52,885 nt of DNA from a bacterium (GCA_009995545.1 JAACPI010000008.1:1-52885); one strand, 5' to 3'; counted from the stretch's first letter, positions 1-10,069 are shown. Program-made: numbers and translations. Notes: generated from the letters alone by a model not told the origin.

Positions 1-56
1 GGAATTCCCCCCAACCCCCACTTCCGCCCGCCCGCAGAAGCGACTCTTTCGGATTG
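1..56. repeat. GC-rich inverted repeat, left copy (may be truncated by the window start)
   Basis: 1..56 is the exact reverse complement of 1310..1365. Confidence 0.95.
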
Positions 57-217
57 AAAAACTGCCAAAGAACCTGAAAAAATATCGTCTCGAACTTCAT
101 TTTGGGCCAAAAGCGGGCTTCCCTCATTTTTAATTGGACTAAATTCATTTTACTTGTTATCATATTTATGAAGGGTTAGATAAGCACCCATACTAATACT
201 ATCATACTTTGGAAACT

Positions 218-433
218 ATGAAAAGTCAAAACAATAGTGAAACAATTGGGGATAAGATAAAACTACTTAGAAATAAGCAGGGTTTAACGCAGGACGAATT
301 GGCGAGAAAATCAGATCTTCCCTATACAACGCTGACCAAAATTGAAACAAATGTTATCACTAAGCCTTCTATTCAGACCGTTATGAAGATAGCCAAGGGT
401 TTGGGGATGACAATTGATGAGTTAATGAACTAA
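218..433 (+). CDS. XRE/Cro-family helix-turn-helix regulator
   Basis: IGDKIKLLRNKQGLTQDELA...LTKIE...PSIQTVMKIAKGLGMTIDEL is a typical HTH_3 pattern. ATG at 218 preferred over TTG at 209. Confidence 0.92.
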   Translation: MKSQNNSETIGDKIKLLRNKQGLTQDELARKSDLPYTTLTKIETNVITKPSIQTVMKIAKGLGMTIDELMN

Positions 434-438
434 ATTGT

Positions 439-1302
439 ATGAGGAATTTTCAAAAATTGTGGAATAAAAGTGCTGTAATTTATAACAAGTACGGTTTAAC
501 ATTTCCACAATATAAAAAAACGAATAAATTTATAACTGAAATCGTCCCCATTAAGCACGGGCAGATTGTGGTCGATTTAGCCTGCGGTACTGGGTTTACA
601 ACAAAATATATTTTGGAAAAGTTAGGTATCACTGGCATGATTTATGCTTTGGATTTTTCGTTTGAAATGATAAAACAAGCCAAAAAGAATATAGACGCAA
701 AAAATGTAAAATTTATTTTAGCCCCAGCAGAAAAAATATCCACTATCATCCCCGAAAAAGTCGACCTAGTATTATGTAATTCTTCTTTTTGGCAATTTAC
801 CGACTACGAGAAAGTATTAAGGGGCGTTAGCAAAACCTTAAAAGATAACGGAGTTTTTATTTTTAATCTCAATCAGCAGTTTTATGACTTTGGAATAAAA
901 GAGATATCTCACAGAAAAATGATTCTACAAGCTATATTTTCAGAATTAAAGGACAGAGGATATAATCCTGAGAATAAATTAAGAGAAAAACTTAATCAAA
1001 ATCAAATAAAACAATTGGCTATTAAAAATGGATTGAAACTTATGGAAGCAAAAATCCTTGAATTTCCAGGTTCCACATTAGAGGATAATATTAATTTTTT
1101 CAAAATTCCAGCTGTTGCACCATTTTTTGAAAAGGTCCCCGACTCAGTTCGTCAAAGCATTCTAAAAAAAGTTTACAATACATTAAAAACTAAGATAGAC
1201 AATACCTCGAAAAATAAATGGGTTTATTTTACTTTGAAAAAGAATTTGCCGCCAAACCGAGCGAAGCTCGAGGTTCCGCTAAAAGCGGAACGAAAAACTT
1301 AA
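439..1302 (+). CDS. Class I SAM-dependent methyltransferase (UbiE/Methyltransf_11-like)
   Basis: VVDLACGTG motif I, ALDFSFEMI motif II, VDLVLCN, LKDNGVFIF. Confidence 0.9.
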   Translation: MRNFQKLWNKSAVIYNKYGLTFPQYKKTNKFITEIVPIKHGQIVVDLACGTGFTTKYILEKLGITGMIYALDFSFEMIKQAKKNIDAKNVKFILAPAEKISTIIPEKVDLVLCNSSFWQFTDYEKVLRGVSKTLKDNGVFIFNLNQQFYDFGIKEISHRKMILQAIFSELKDRGYNPENKLREKLNQNQIKQLAIKNGLKLMEAKILEFPGSTLEDNINFFKIPAVAPFFEKVPDSVRQSILKKVYNTLKTKIDNTSKNKWVYFTLKKNLPPNRAKLEVPLKAERKT

Positions 1303-1309
1303 AATCGTC

Positions 1310-1373
1310 CAATCCGAAAGAGTCGCTTCTGCGGGCGGGCGGAAGTGGGGGTTGGGGGGAATTCCGCCCGCCC
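1310..1373. repeat. GC-rich inverted repeat, right copy, with an internal 12-bp hairpin and G-rich loop
   Basis: Reverse complement of 1..56. GGGCGGGCGGAA (1333-1344) pairs with TTCCGCCCGCCC (1362-1373). Confidence 0.95.
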
Positions 1374-1624
1374 TACAAATTTTGGGCGAAATCTGTTCGA
1401 ATTTTTTCGAACGCACACCGCCATTAAAATAAGAAATTATTAGAATACAATCCACAGGAAAGTCTGAGTTATTCGAAGTTGCTAAAATTTTATTCGTTAC
1501 AGATCTTAAAACCTCGACGGGAAATTACCTTTTGGGTTTTTAAGGACGAGTTAGTATTAATAACCGATATAGTCACAAAACGTTTTTGTGTTGTGCTAGA
1601 ATTAAAGTATATAGATAGCTGAAA

Positions 1625-2236
1625 ATGCCCAAAAGAAAAAAAGTAGTTTTACCACCACATAAAAACCTTTTACTTGTAATTCAACAGGTATTTGATCGAC
1701 ACCCAAAAGTAAAATTTATTTCTGTTGTAGTATTATTATTCTCTTACTTTTTGTTTGTGTCTTTTGCCCACGGAATAAAGCAAGGTTTGCTAATAAGTGT
1801 TCTTACTTGGTCTTTTTTTGTGCTTTGTACGCCCGTAGCCGAGGCAGGGATACTTATTGATTTTCCAATGCGTTTAATTACCAAAATTAGAATGGTATAT
1901 TCCGAAATAATGGTTTGGTTAGTAGCGATAATAATAAACATTGTTGTATTTATTACTAATCCTAAAATTTATGAGCAAACATTACTTTTGTCTCTTTTTA
2001 AACATGTATTAGATGCCCCTTATCCTTACTGGATAATTATATTCTTTTCTGCAGTAGGAACTTTTTTATCTATTTATATTGCAGATTCTATAATGGACTC
2101 AAAAAAACATAAAAACATACACCCCAGTTTTTTGTTTAAACACAAAACAGTTGTTTTTATTTTTTTAATTATTCTAGTTGTGGTTTTTTATGATTTTCTG
2201 CTTAATAAGATGGGTGTATCTATACCTCTAATTTAG
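1625..2236 (+). CDS. Hypothetical integral membrane protein
   Basis: 203-aa ORF with about 5 hydrophobic segments. Confidence 0.8.
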   Translation: MPKRKKVVLPPHKNLLLVIQQVFDRHPKVKFISVVVLLFSYFLFVSFAHGIKQGLLISVLTWSFFVLCTPVAEAGILIDFPMRLITKIRMVYSEIMVWLVAIIINIVVFITNPKIYEQTLLLSLFKHVLDAPYPYWIIIFFSAVGTFLSIYIADSIMDSKKHKNIHPSFLFKHKTVVFIFLIILVVVFYDFLLNKMGVSIPLI

Positions 2237-2279
2237 CGTCTTTCTTTTCTTTTTAACCATTAATACGCATAATCAGCAC

Positions 2280-3446
2280 ATGTCATACCCTATTTTAAAA
2301 TTAAAGTCCGGTCGAGAAGCAAGTGTTGGATTCAAACACCCCTGGATTTTTTCAGGTGCCCTAGAAGAAATAACTACCTCTGTTGAATTAGGTGCTTTGG
2401 TTCATATAGCAGATCGAAACGGTAGAATTATAGCGACTGGTGGGTATGAAGGAGAATCAAATATAGCAGTAAGAGTCTATAGTTTTTCCGAAACTGAAAT
2501 TGATGAGGCCTGGATAACAAAAACTTTAGAAAATGCCCAAGGCAAGAGAGAAATTTTAGGGTATGGTCCAAAAACAGATACTACTGGTTATAGATTGGTT
2601 TTTAGTGAGTCCGATAATCTTCCAGGTTTAGTTATTGATAGATATAGTGATGTTTTAGTGTTTCAAGTTTCCACAGCAAGTATACGTTTGTTACTTCCAT
2701 TAATCACTAAAGCTTGTGTAGAAGTTTTTAAACCAAAGTCCGTTATTTATAAAAATGTTGAGGTAAATGAAATTTTACATGGAGAAGCAGAAGAAAATGT
2801 AGAATTCTTAGAGTATGGAAAAAAGTTCGTATCCAACGTTTTGAAGGGGCAAAAAACAGGTTTCTTTTTAGATCAAAAAGATTTAAGACAGTTAGTTTCT
2901 AAATATTCTGATGATAAGAAAGTTTTAAACCTGTTTTCTTACACTGGGGCAACTAGTGTTGCAGCTCTTTTAGGTGGTGCTTTATCAGTACACAATGTTG
3001 ACGAGTCCGAGGCTGCTCTAGAAGTCAGCTCTACCCTTGCCAAGTTAAATAAGGCAGACCCGAAAAAACTAACAACCGATAGGGCTGATGTTTTTACATG
3101 GTTAAACGAAAACACTAAAGATTTATACGATATGGTAATTTTAGATCCACCTGCATTAACCAAGACTAAAAAAGATAAAGAGTCCGCTGGTAAGGCATAT
3201 CATTTTTTAAATAGAGCTGCAATGCGTCTTGTAAAAGAAGGGGGTATTTTAGTAACTTCCAGCTGCTCACACTTTTTTACTGTTGATGACTTGGCCTTTA
3301 CACTTAGGCGTGCTTCGGTTCAGGCTGGAGTTAATTTAGAGGTTTTAAACTATACAATTCAGTCACCAGATCACCCACTTTCGGTTTACTGGCCTGAAGG
3401 TTTGTATTTAAAATCTTTTATTTGTAGGGTTACAAAAAATAACTAA
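2280..3446 (+). CDS. rlmI: RlmI-like rRNA m5C methyltransferase (PUA + class I SAM domain)
   Basis: HPWIFSG, YRLVFSESDNLPGLVIDRY, GQKTGFFLDQ, VLNLFSYTG, DMVILDPP, LVTSSCS, YLK. Confidence 0.88.
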   Translation: MSYPILKLKSGREASVGFKHPWIFSGALEEITTSVELGALVHIADRNGRIIATGGYEGESNIAVRVYSFSETEIDEAWITKTLENAQGKREILGYGPKTDTTGYRLVFSESDNLPGLVIDRYSDVLVFQVSTASIRLLLPLITKACVEVFKPKSVIYKNVEVNEILHGEAEENVEFLEYGKKFVSNVLKGQKTGFFLDQKDLRQLVSKYSDDKKVLNLFSYTGATSVAALLGGALSVHNVDESEAALEVSSTLAKLNKADPKKLTTDRADVFTWLNENTKDLYDMVILDPPALTKTKKDKESAGKAYHFLNRAAMRLVKEGGILVTSSCSHFFTVDDLAFTLRRASVQAGVNLEVLNYTIQSPDHPLSVYWPEGLYLKSFICRVTKNN

Positions 3447-4810
3447 AGATTCTGCTTAATTGTAACTGCTAAAAAGATTACAAAAAATACTAAGGCGATA
3501 AACATTAGCGCTATTCTCCAAAACTTTGGCTGGTAATGCTTTTTTAGGTATTTTTTGTTTAAAATATATACTAAAGGAAAGGCTACCATCATCGCTGCAG
3601 CATTAAGTAGGGCACTTAAAGTTAACAAAAGTCTTGGTTCTTTTACTCCAAACATAAGCAAGGCTATTCCTAATATAATTTGAGCCCACAAAGCCATGTA
3701 AAAAGCCAAGCTTAGATTAAACTTTTTGCCCTTTTTATAGGTAGTTAGCAAAATATTTTCACTAATAATTCGGCTACTGCTTTCTAAAACACCTATTTGG
3801 GTTGAAAACAGCATAAGCAGGGCAGTAAGTAAAAAAGATGTACCTACGAAAACATTGGTTCTTTGGCTTATTACCTCTACTTCTTTATAAATAAAACTTA
3901 ATCCGTCTTCTACCTGTAAACCGTGCAAAAGGCTTTTACTTAAAACAGCTAAAATGGCGATAGTAATAAAACCTAAACCAAAGAATACTAAAAAATGTTC
4001 GGCATTTACTGTTTTCCAAAGTTTTTCCCAGGTTTTCCTATTTTTATCATTATCTTCAAAGGTTTGCCCCTCAATATCTACAACTTCGTTTGATTTGGTA
4101 AACAAGGAGGTTATTTTTGCGGCAAATTTACCCATACCCAAACCCTTCTCTTTAATATAGTAACTTTGTGCAAAGTTTAAATTTCCCCCAGCACCACTAA
4201 ATGCAAAAGCCCCTAAAAAAGCTGCAATACTTACACCTTTTGGAAAAAACCAAAAACCTTCGCCTTTACCTACCAAACCCAGTGTAAAATCTGCCCAGTC
4301 TTTAGAGTTTGTTAAATAGATAGTTAAGATTAATATTAAGGGTAGCCCAACCATTATTATGGTTTTTTGTAGCGTTTCCATAGTTTTATAAAGGGATTTT
4401 CCTACAGTTAAAATAACCCCCACTACTAGTAAAATTACAATGGCAATTAATGTTTGGCTATTTAGGTTAAAAAGTTTCGAAATTATCTGTGCGCTTGCAG
4501 AGGAAAATCCGGGTAAAGCCCAAGGTATAAAAGTAGAAATTACAAACCAATAAGGCAGTGCTGGGTGGAGTTTTTTAAAGCCTAAGAATATGCTCTCACC
4601 CCAATATAGGGTGTAGCGCATAATTTCGGTGTTTAAGATAAACTGGAAAGCTATTCCTAGAAGAGCCCCCCAAATTAGCCCTAGGCCGTAATTGGCAGTA
4701 ATATACGGCCACAAAATAAGTTCCCCACTTCCTAATGCTAAACCTAAAAGTATAAAAGTTGGTCCTAGGGTTTTTTTAAGGCTTAAGGGCTGTGGTAGGT
4801 CATTCTTCAT
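3443..4810 (-). CDS. NRAMP-family-like divalent cation transporter
   Basis: LGPTFILLGLALGSGELILWP N-terminal motif, about 11 TM segments. Confidence 0.75.
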   Translation of the reverse strand: MKNDLPQPLSLKKTLGPTFILLGLALGSGELILWPYITANYGLGLIWGALLGIAFQFILNTEIMRYTLYWGESIFLGFKKLHPALPYWFVISTFIPWALPGFSSASAQIISKLFNLNSQTLIAIVILLVVGVILTVGKSLYKTMETLQKTIIMVGLPLILILTIYLTNSKDWADFTLGLVGKGEGFWFFPKGVSIAAFLGAFAFSGAGGNLNFAQSYYIKEKGLGMGKFAAKITSLFTKSNEVVDIEGQTFEDNDKNRKTWEKLWKTVNAEHFLVFFGLGFITIAILAVLSKSLLHGLQVEDGLSFIYKEVEVISQRTNVFVGTSFLLTALLMLFSTQIGVLESSSRIISENILLTTYKKGKKFNLSLAFYMALWAQIILGIALLMFGVKEPRLLLTLSALLNAAAMMVAFPLVYILNKKYLKKHYQPKFWRIALMFIALVFFVIFLAVTIKQNL

Positions 4811-4864
4811 CTTTCTATTTTAACATAATTGTTGTTGTAAATTGCCAAGTATTTTGTTGTCATA

Positions 4865-4913
4865 TTTCCTTACTTATGTTATATTTTCCTTACTATGTCT
4901 AAGACCGTAAGGA
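4865..4913 (+). promoter_or_regulatory. Putative vapBC-1 promoter/operator
   Basis: Direct repeat TTTCCTTACT at 4865-4874 and 4885-4894 flanks TGTTATATT (-10-like). Inverted half-site GTAAGGA at 4907-4913. Confidence 0.5.
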
Positions 4914-5167
4914 TTACAAGTAAACGTCAACTGACCATCCCCGTTGAAATTTTTGAGAAAATGGGCTTAAAAAGAGGTCAAAATCTTTTAGCCGAAGAGA
5001 GAGACGGTGCGTTAATATTAACTTCTGCTGAAAGCAAATTACAAAAATTAAGAGGTAGTTTAAAAGTTCCTAAAAAGTATGTAGGTTTAGAGATTAATGA
5101 TTTAGTTGAGCAAGCTAAAAAAGACTATTTTAAAAAGATTTATGGCACAGGTAAAAAAGAAGAATAA
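4895..5167 (+). CDS. AbrB/MazE-family antitoxin (VapB-like)
   Basis: VRITSKRQLTIPVEI...GLKRG swapped-hairpin signature, directly upstream of a PIN gene. Confidence 0.9.
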   Translation: MSKTVRITSKRQLTIPVEIFEKMGLKRGQNLLAEERDGALILTSAESKLQKLRGSLKVPKKYVGLEINDLVEQAKKDYFKKIYGTGKKEE

Positions 5168-5558
5168 ATATTTTGTAGACGCTAATTACTTTATTCGGTT
5201 TCTGATAGATGACTCAGCTAAACAAGTAGCTGAGGTCGAAAAGCTATTTTTAGATGCTTCTAGGGATAAAGTAAATTTACATACCTCAGTTTTGGTTATC
5301 TTTGAGATAAAATGGGTTTTATCCTCTCTCTATGAGTTTAAAAAGACCCGCATCGTAGATTCTATAGAGGAGTTGCTATCACTGGACTTTATAAAGTTTG
5401 AGGAAAAAGATCTTTTAAAAATATCTTTAGGCCTGTACAGGTATTCCAACTTATCTTTAGAGGATTGTTATCACTTAGTTCTTGCAAAGAGCTTAAATGT
5501 AGACAGTATTGCTACCTTTGATAAAAAATTATCCCGCTACTTTAAAAAATATGAATGA
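5142..5558 (+). CDS. PIN-domain toxin (VapC-like)
   Basis: FVDANYFIR, IFE, LSLEDC, IATFDKKL acidic PIN residues. ATG at 5142. Confidence 0.9.
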   Translation: MAQVKKKNKYFVDANYFIRFLIDDSAKQVAEVEKLFLDASRDKVNLHTSVLVIFEIKWVLSSLYEFKKTRIVDSIEELLSLDFIKFEEKDLLKISLGLYRYSNLSLEDCYHLVLAKSLNVDSIATFDKKLSRYFKKYE

Positions 5559-7278
5559 TCTTGTAACTGAGGTAAAAACTAGAATAGATATCATTGATGT
5601 AATTGGCAAGTACGTTACTGTAAAAAAAGCCGGAAGTAACTACCAATCACTTTGCCCTTTTCACAGCGAAAAAACCCCAAGTTTTATGATTAATCGGGAG
5701 TTGCAGATATATAAATGTTTTGGTTGTGGAAAAGGGGGGGATGTTTTTGATTTTGTTATGGAAATGGAGGGAATAGAGTTTGCCGATGCACTAAATAAAC
5801 TCGCAGAAGAGCTGAGTATAGACACCTCTTTATACGGTCACACAAAAAAAACCACAAACAACAGTATTTTGTACGAAATAAATGAAGCAGCATTAAAATT
5901 TTACGAGTACACCTTGCTTAATTTAAAAGTTGGAAAAATTGCCTTAGAATACCTTAACGAGAGGGGCTTAAATGAGGACCATATTAAAGAATTTAGGTTA
6001 GGTTACGCCCCAAACTCTTGGAATTCTTTGTATAACTATTTAATAAAGAAAAAGTATAAAGAGGCAGATATTTTAAAAGCGGGCTTAATAAAGCAGGGTC
6101 AGGGGGGCGGTTATTACGACTCTTATCGAGGCAGAATTATATTCCCGCTAGAAAACCAAGGTGGAAAAGTTGTGGGATTTTCCGGTAGAACTATTATTGA
6201 TGAAGACCCAAAGTACATAAACACCAAGGAAACCCCTATTTTTAATAAAAGTGAGTTCGTATTTAACCTAAATAGAGCCAAAACAGAAATTAGAAGACAA
6301 AAGGAGGTTATTGTAACCGAGGGGGAATTTGACGCCATAAAACCCTATATTAAGGGTATTAAAAACATTGTTGCCTTAAAAGGCACCGCGTTTACCGCCC
6401 TCCAAGCAAAACTTTTAAAAAGGTATGCCGAAACAGCCTACATATTTTTTGATAGTGATAGTGCCGGAGATTCCGCTGCACTTAGGGGTATAGAGATAGC
6501 TACAAAGGTTGGTTTAGATATTAAGGTGGCTAGTTTACCTGGCAAATATAAAGATCCTGACGAAGCAGCAAGCCAGTCTATAGATTTAATATATAAAGCT
6601 GTAGAAAATGCTGTTCCTGCGTATGACTATTATTTTAGCTATGCATTAAAGCAAAATGACTATAAAGATGCTCTAGGTAAAAAGAATATTAGTGAGTTTT
6701 TAATGCCTAAAATCAATAAAATTGAAGACCCTATTCTTAAAGATCACTACACTAAAAAACTTTCTGAGCTATTAGAAATTTCGGAGGAGGTTTTAAAGAG
6801 TACTCCCCGCAGTGAGGATAAAAAAGAAAATCTTAAAATGGAAGAAAAATATGTGGATCCTGTTGAGGATGCTTTATTTGTCTATCTTATTAGGTGTAAT
6901 GAAGAAATTTTTAAAAAGAATTTTTCTGAGGTTTCTAAAGAAAAATTATTACCTGAAAATCTTCTTAATCTTCTTATTGCGTATGAACAAAAGGTTATCT
7001 TAGGCAAAGATAAAAAGCCCGGCTTTATTAAAGAGAACAAGCTAGAATCACTATTATTAAAGCAACTAGGGGATTTTGATGAGTCTGTAGAGTTTCAAGA
7101 TAGGGTAATTTTAAGCCATATTCGAAATTACAAAGAAAAAAAGATAAAGCTAGAAATTAAAAATTTAACTGCCCAATTAAAAGACGCACAAGAGCTTGGT
7201 GACAACGAAAGACTGGACAAATTACAAAAAAAGTTTAGAATGCTAACGAACGTACTAAAAAAGTCTGAAAAGCCTTAA
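5551..7278 (+). CDS. dnaG: DNA primase
   Basis: CPFHSEKTPSF...CFGC zinc finger, GRIIFP, PKYINT, TOPRIM EGEFD and FDSDSAG, KDPDE. ATG at 5551. Confidence 0.97.
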   Translation: MNDLVTEVKTRIDIIDVIGKYVTVKKAGSNYQSLCPFHSEKTPSFMINRELQIYKCFGCGKGGDVFDFVMEMEGIEFADALNKLAEELSIDTSLYGHTKKTTNNSILYEINEAALKFYEYTLLNLKVGKIALEYLNERGLNEDHIKEFRLGYAPNSWNSLYNYLIKKKYKEADILKAGLIKQGQGGGYYDSYRGRIIFPLENQGGKVVGFSGRTIIDEDPKYINTKETPIFNKSEFVFNLNRAKTEIRRQKEVIVTEGEFDAIKPYIKGIKNIVALKGTAFTALQAKLLKRYAETAYIFFDSDSAGDSAALRGIEIATKVGLDIKVASLPGKYKDPDEAASQSIDLIYKAVENAVPAYDYYFSYALKQNDYKDALGKKNISEFLMPKINKIEDPILKDHYTKKLSELLEISEEVLKSTPRSEDKKENLKMEEKYVDPVEDALFVYLIRCNEEIFKKNFSEVSKEKLLPENLLNLLIAYEQKVILGKDKKPGFIKENKLESLLLKQLGDFDESVEFQDRVILSHIRNYKEKKIKLEIKNLTAQLKDAQELGDNERLDKLQKKFRMLTNVLKKSEKP

Positions 7279-7374
7279 TATAAATTTATACTCATAATTT
7301 TTAACAAATTAAAATCCCCCTTAAGTAATAATTTTTAAATCGCCTTTTGCGATTTGACATTTACAAATACCCTT

Positions 7375-8469
7375 ATGGCTAAAAAGGTAGAAAAACTAAC
7401 CAAGGAACAAATATTAGATGAGCTTGTTAAAAAAGGAAAAGCTCAGGGATACCTGTTACAAGATCAAATAATTAAAGAGTTTCCAGAGGCCGAAAAAAAC
7501 TTGGAACTTTTAGATCAACTATACGAAAAACTTATTGAAGAAGGTTTAGATGTACTTGAAAACGAAGAAGAAGTTAGAGAAATGCAAAAAGCACCTAGTA
7601 TGGATGATGAAGCTGTTTTAAAAACTGCTTTAGATAAAAGTATAGCTGGGGATCCTGTACGAATGTATTTGCGAGATATAGGAAAAGTTAAACTTTTAAA
7701 TGCAGCAGAAGAGGTAGATTTAGCCCAAAGAATTGAAAAAAATGACCCAGTAGCGCGTGAAAAACTAATAAATGCCAACCTTAGACTTGTGGTAAGTATT
7801 GCCAAAAAGTATATGGGAAGAGGTTTAACTTTTTTAGATTTAATTCAAGAGGGAAACATGGGCCTAATGAAGGCCGTTGAAAAGTTTGACTGGAGACGTG
7901 GCTTTAAATTTAGCACTTATGCCACTTGGTGGATAAGACAGGCCATCACAAGAGCTATTGCTGATCAGGCACGTACAATTAGAATTCCTGTGCACATGAT
8001 CGAAACTATAAACAAGTTTAAAAAGATGCAGAGGGAACTTGAGCAGAAGTTTGAAAGGCCTCCAACCCCAGAGGAAATAGCTGAAAAGATGGAGATTGAA
8101 CCAGAAAAGGCTAGGGAAATAATGAAAATTTCATTGGAGCCTACATCTTTAGAAAGTTCCATTGGAGAAGATCAAGACACACAGCTTAAAGAATTTATTA
8201 GTGATGATGCCAGTCTTAGTCCAGAAGATCAGGCAAGCTACGAGTTACTAAAAGGTCAAATAACAGGTGTGCTAGATACCTTAAGCCCTAGAGAAAAAAA
8301 GGTTTTAGAGTTACGTTTTGGTTTAGAAGACCACCAACCTCGAACTTTAGAAGAAGTTGGAAAAGTATTTGGCGTTACAAGAGAACGAATAAGACAAATA
8401 GAAGCTAAAGCTTTAAGAAAATTAAGACATCCAAGCCGAAGCAGAAAACTTAAAGATTATTTGAGGTAA
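7375..8469 (+). CDS. rpoD: Primary sigma-70 factor
   Basis: [59 protein letters not shown]. Follows dnaG. Confidence 0.98.
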   Translation: MAKKVEKLTKEQILDELVKKGKAQGYLLQDQIIKEFPEAEKNLELLDQLYEKLIEEGLDVLENEEEVREMQKAPSMDDEAVLKTALDKSIAGDPVRMYLRDIGKVKLLNAAEEVDLAQRIEKNDPVAREKLINANLRLVVSIAKKYMGRGLTFLDLIQEGNMGLMKAVEKFDWRRGFKFSTYATWWIRQAITRAIADQARTIRIPVHMIETINKFKKMQRELEQKFERPPTPEEIAEKMEIEPEKAREIMKISLEPTSLESSIGEDQDTQLKEFISDDASLSPEDQASYELLKGQITGVLDTLSPREKKVLELRFGLEDHQPRTLEEVGKVFGVTRERIRQIEAKALRKLRHPSRSRKLKDYLR

Positions 8470-8602
8470 ATAGACTTAAGAACTGAAGAACAAAATAGTT
8501 GAAATCTAGATAGAAGGCTAGTATTTACTCACTGATTGTCTTTAGCGAGATAATTCTGTATTTGGGTGCGAGATTATTTCTAATTTAGCCTAAACTTTTC
8601 TT

Positions 8603-9331
8603 ATGCCAAGTAAAAGTGATTTTGATAGCCTATTAGAGTTTTGGAATTCTCGTATTTTAACTACCCCTAGTCTTAAGACCCTGAGTCCTAATATTGAAGA
8701 TACAGAATCTATTAAAGATTTTTTGTACCAAATAACTTTGGAGGATATCTACAAATTTTTAAGCGATTTTAATTTTAAAGTAGTTAAAAATGAAGATGAC
8801 TTACAACACTTACATAAAATACTCGTCTCTATACCTCCAATCGATTACGGCTTTTACCCCAAAATTATTAAACAAACCCTTTCTGCCACCTGTGCTGGCA
8901 GCACCTTATTAGCAAACGCTGTACTAGCCAAATCAGATATACAATTTGAATATGCTAGGGCTAAGGGACATTCTTATAATTTTGTTTGGTTAGGCGATAA
9001 TTTATATATTTTAGATGGTGCAGATGCTGTCTTTGTTAAAGTTGGTAAGGATCAATTTTCAGATCAAGTAATTGATGGGGTAAAACTCAGAAGTTTATCA
9101 CACGATATCAGTAGAATTTCACACGATTTGGTAATGGTACTAAAACCAAAAGGTATATTAGTTAGTGTATTTGGTAATTACAGGGGAGTTTTAGACTCGA
9201 GAGCTGCAAAAGAGGATTTAGAAAAAAATTACCCAAAACTTTTGGGGTTGTGGCATGCGTATTTATTTAAAAAGGAGTTATTTATAAGTAGTAATAATAC
9301 CAGTTTTAAAAACTCGATTTTTAGAGATTAA
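8603..9331 (+). CDS. Hypothetical protein with a transglutaminase-like Cys-His-Asp arrangement
   Basis: ATCAGSTLL...KGHSYNFV...YILDG. Confidence 0.55.
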   Translation: MPSKSDFDSLLEFWNSRILTTPSLKTLSPNIEDTESIKDFLYQITLEDIYKFLSDFNFKVVKNEDDLQHLHKILVSIPPIDYGFYPKIIKQTLSATCAGSTLLANAVLAKSDIQFEYARAKGHSYNFVWLGDNLYILDGADAVFVKVGKDQFSDQVIDGVKLRSLSHDISRISHDLVMVLKPKGILVSVFGNYRGVLDSRAAKEDLEKNYPKLLGLWHAYLFKKELFISSNNTSFKNSIFRD

Positions 9332-9373
9332 GTAATACTTTACAAAAAGTATTACTTTTGATAAAGTAATACT
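9330..9373 (+). promoter_or_regulatory. Putative vapBC-2 operator
   Basis: AAGTAATACTTT-acaa-AAAGTATTACTT (9330-9357) plus a third half-site at 9363-9373 abutting the ATG. Confidence 0.7.
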
Positions 9374-9625
9374 ATGAACAAAGTAATACAAGCAACCGTT
9401 ACTCAAAAGGGACAAATAACTATTCCCAAAGAATTTAGAGATGCACTAGGAATTGAAAAGTATGGAAAGGTTTCTATATCTTGCATCGATAAAGCATTAA
9501 GGATATCTCCCACCACTGACTTTTTAGAACTTGGGGGTACTCTTAATAAATATGCTAAAAAGAATAAAGGGGTAGACCCCTTAAAAGCTAGAAAATACAT
9601 GGAATCTCATTACAAAAGAGTATAG
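9374..9625 (+). CDS. AbrB/MazE-family antitoxin (VapB-like)
   Basis: ATVTQKGQITIPKEFRDALGI. Confidence 0.92.
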   Translation: MNKVIQATVTQKGQITIPKEFRDALGIEKYGKVSISCIDKALRISPTTDFLELGGTLNKYAKKNKGVDPLKARKYMESHYKRV

Positions 9626-9628
9626 ATT

Positions 9629-10069
9629 ATGAACTACTTGATCGATACAAATATTTTTTTAAGATATCTAGAGGCTAGTGACGAGAAATCGTATGAGGAA
9701 TGTTTAGTGTTATTAAGGGCTTTAAAAGAGGGCAAAATAAATGGGGTAACATCCCACTTAATTTTATCTGAAATTTACTGGACTCTAAAAACATACTATA
9801 AATTCCCTAAATCTAAGCGTATTGAAGTACTTGAAAATATTTATAATCTTTCTGGATTAAATTTTGTTGATGGTTATAACTTAGTTGTAGCTTTAAAGTC
9901 ACACAAAGAATCTAAGGCAAAGTTTATAGACTGTATGTTAGCTTCTATTCCAAAAGTTTTATCTAAAGAATGGGTGATTGTTAGTTACGATAAAGACTTT
10001 AAAAAACTCCCTATTATTAGCAAAGAACCTGGGGAGGTTATTAAGCTTTTAGTAAAAAGTAGCCCCTAG
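9629..10069 (+). CDS. PIN-domain toxin (VapC-like)
   Basis: LIDTNIFLR, LSE, FIDC, VSYDKDF. Confidence 0.92.
   Translation: MNYLIDTNIFLRYLEASDEKSYEECLVLLRALKEGKINGVTSHLILSEIYWTLKTYYKFPKSKRIEVLENIYNLSGLNFVDGYNLVVALKSHKESKAKFIDCMLASIPKVLSKEWVIVSYDKDFKKLPIISKEPGEVIKLLVKSSP

Noticed and set aside
1218-1427. 69-aa ORF, and the mirror minus-strand frame at 1..127, encoding NPKESLLRAGGSGGWGEF
   Set aside because: The shared peptide simply reflects the GC-rich inverted repeat. It overlaps the methyltransferase and has no other coding support.
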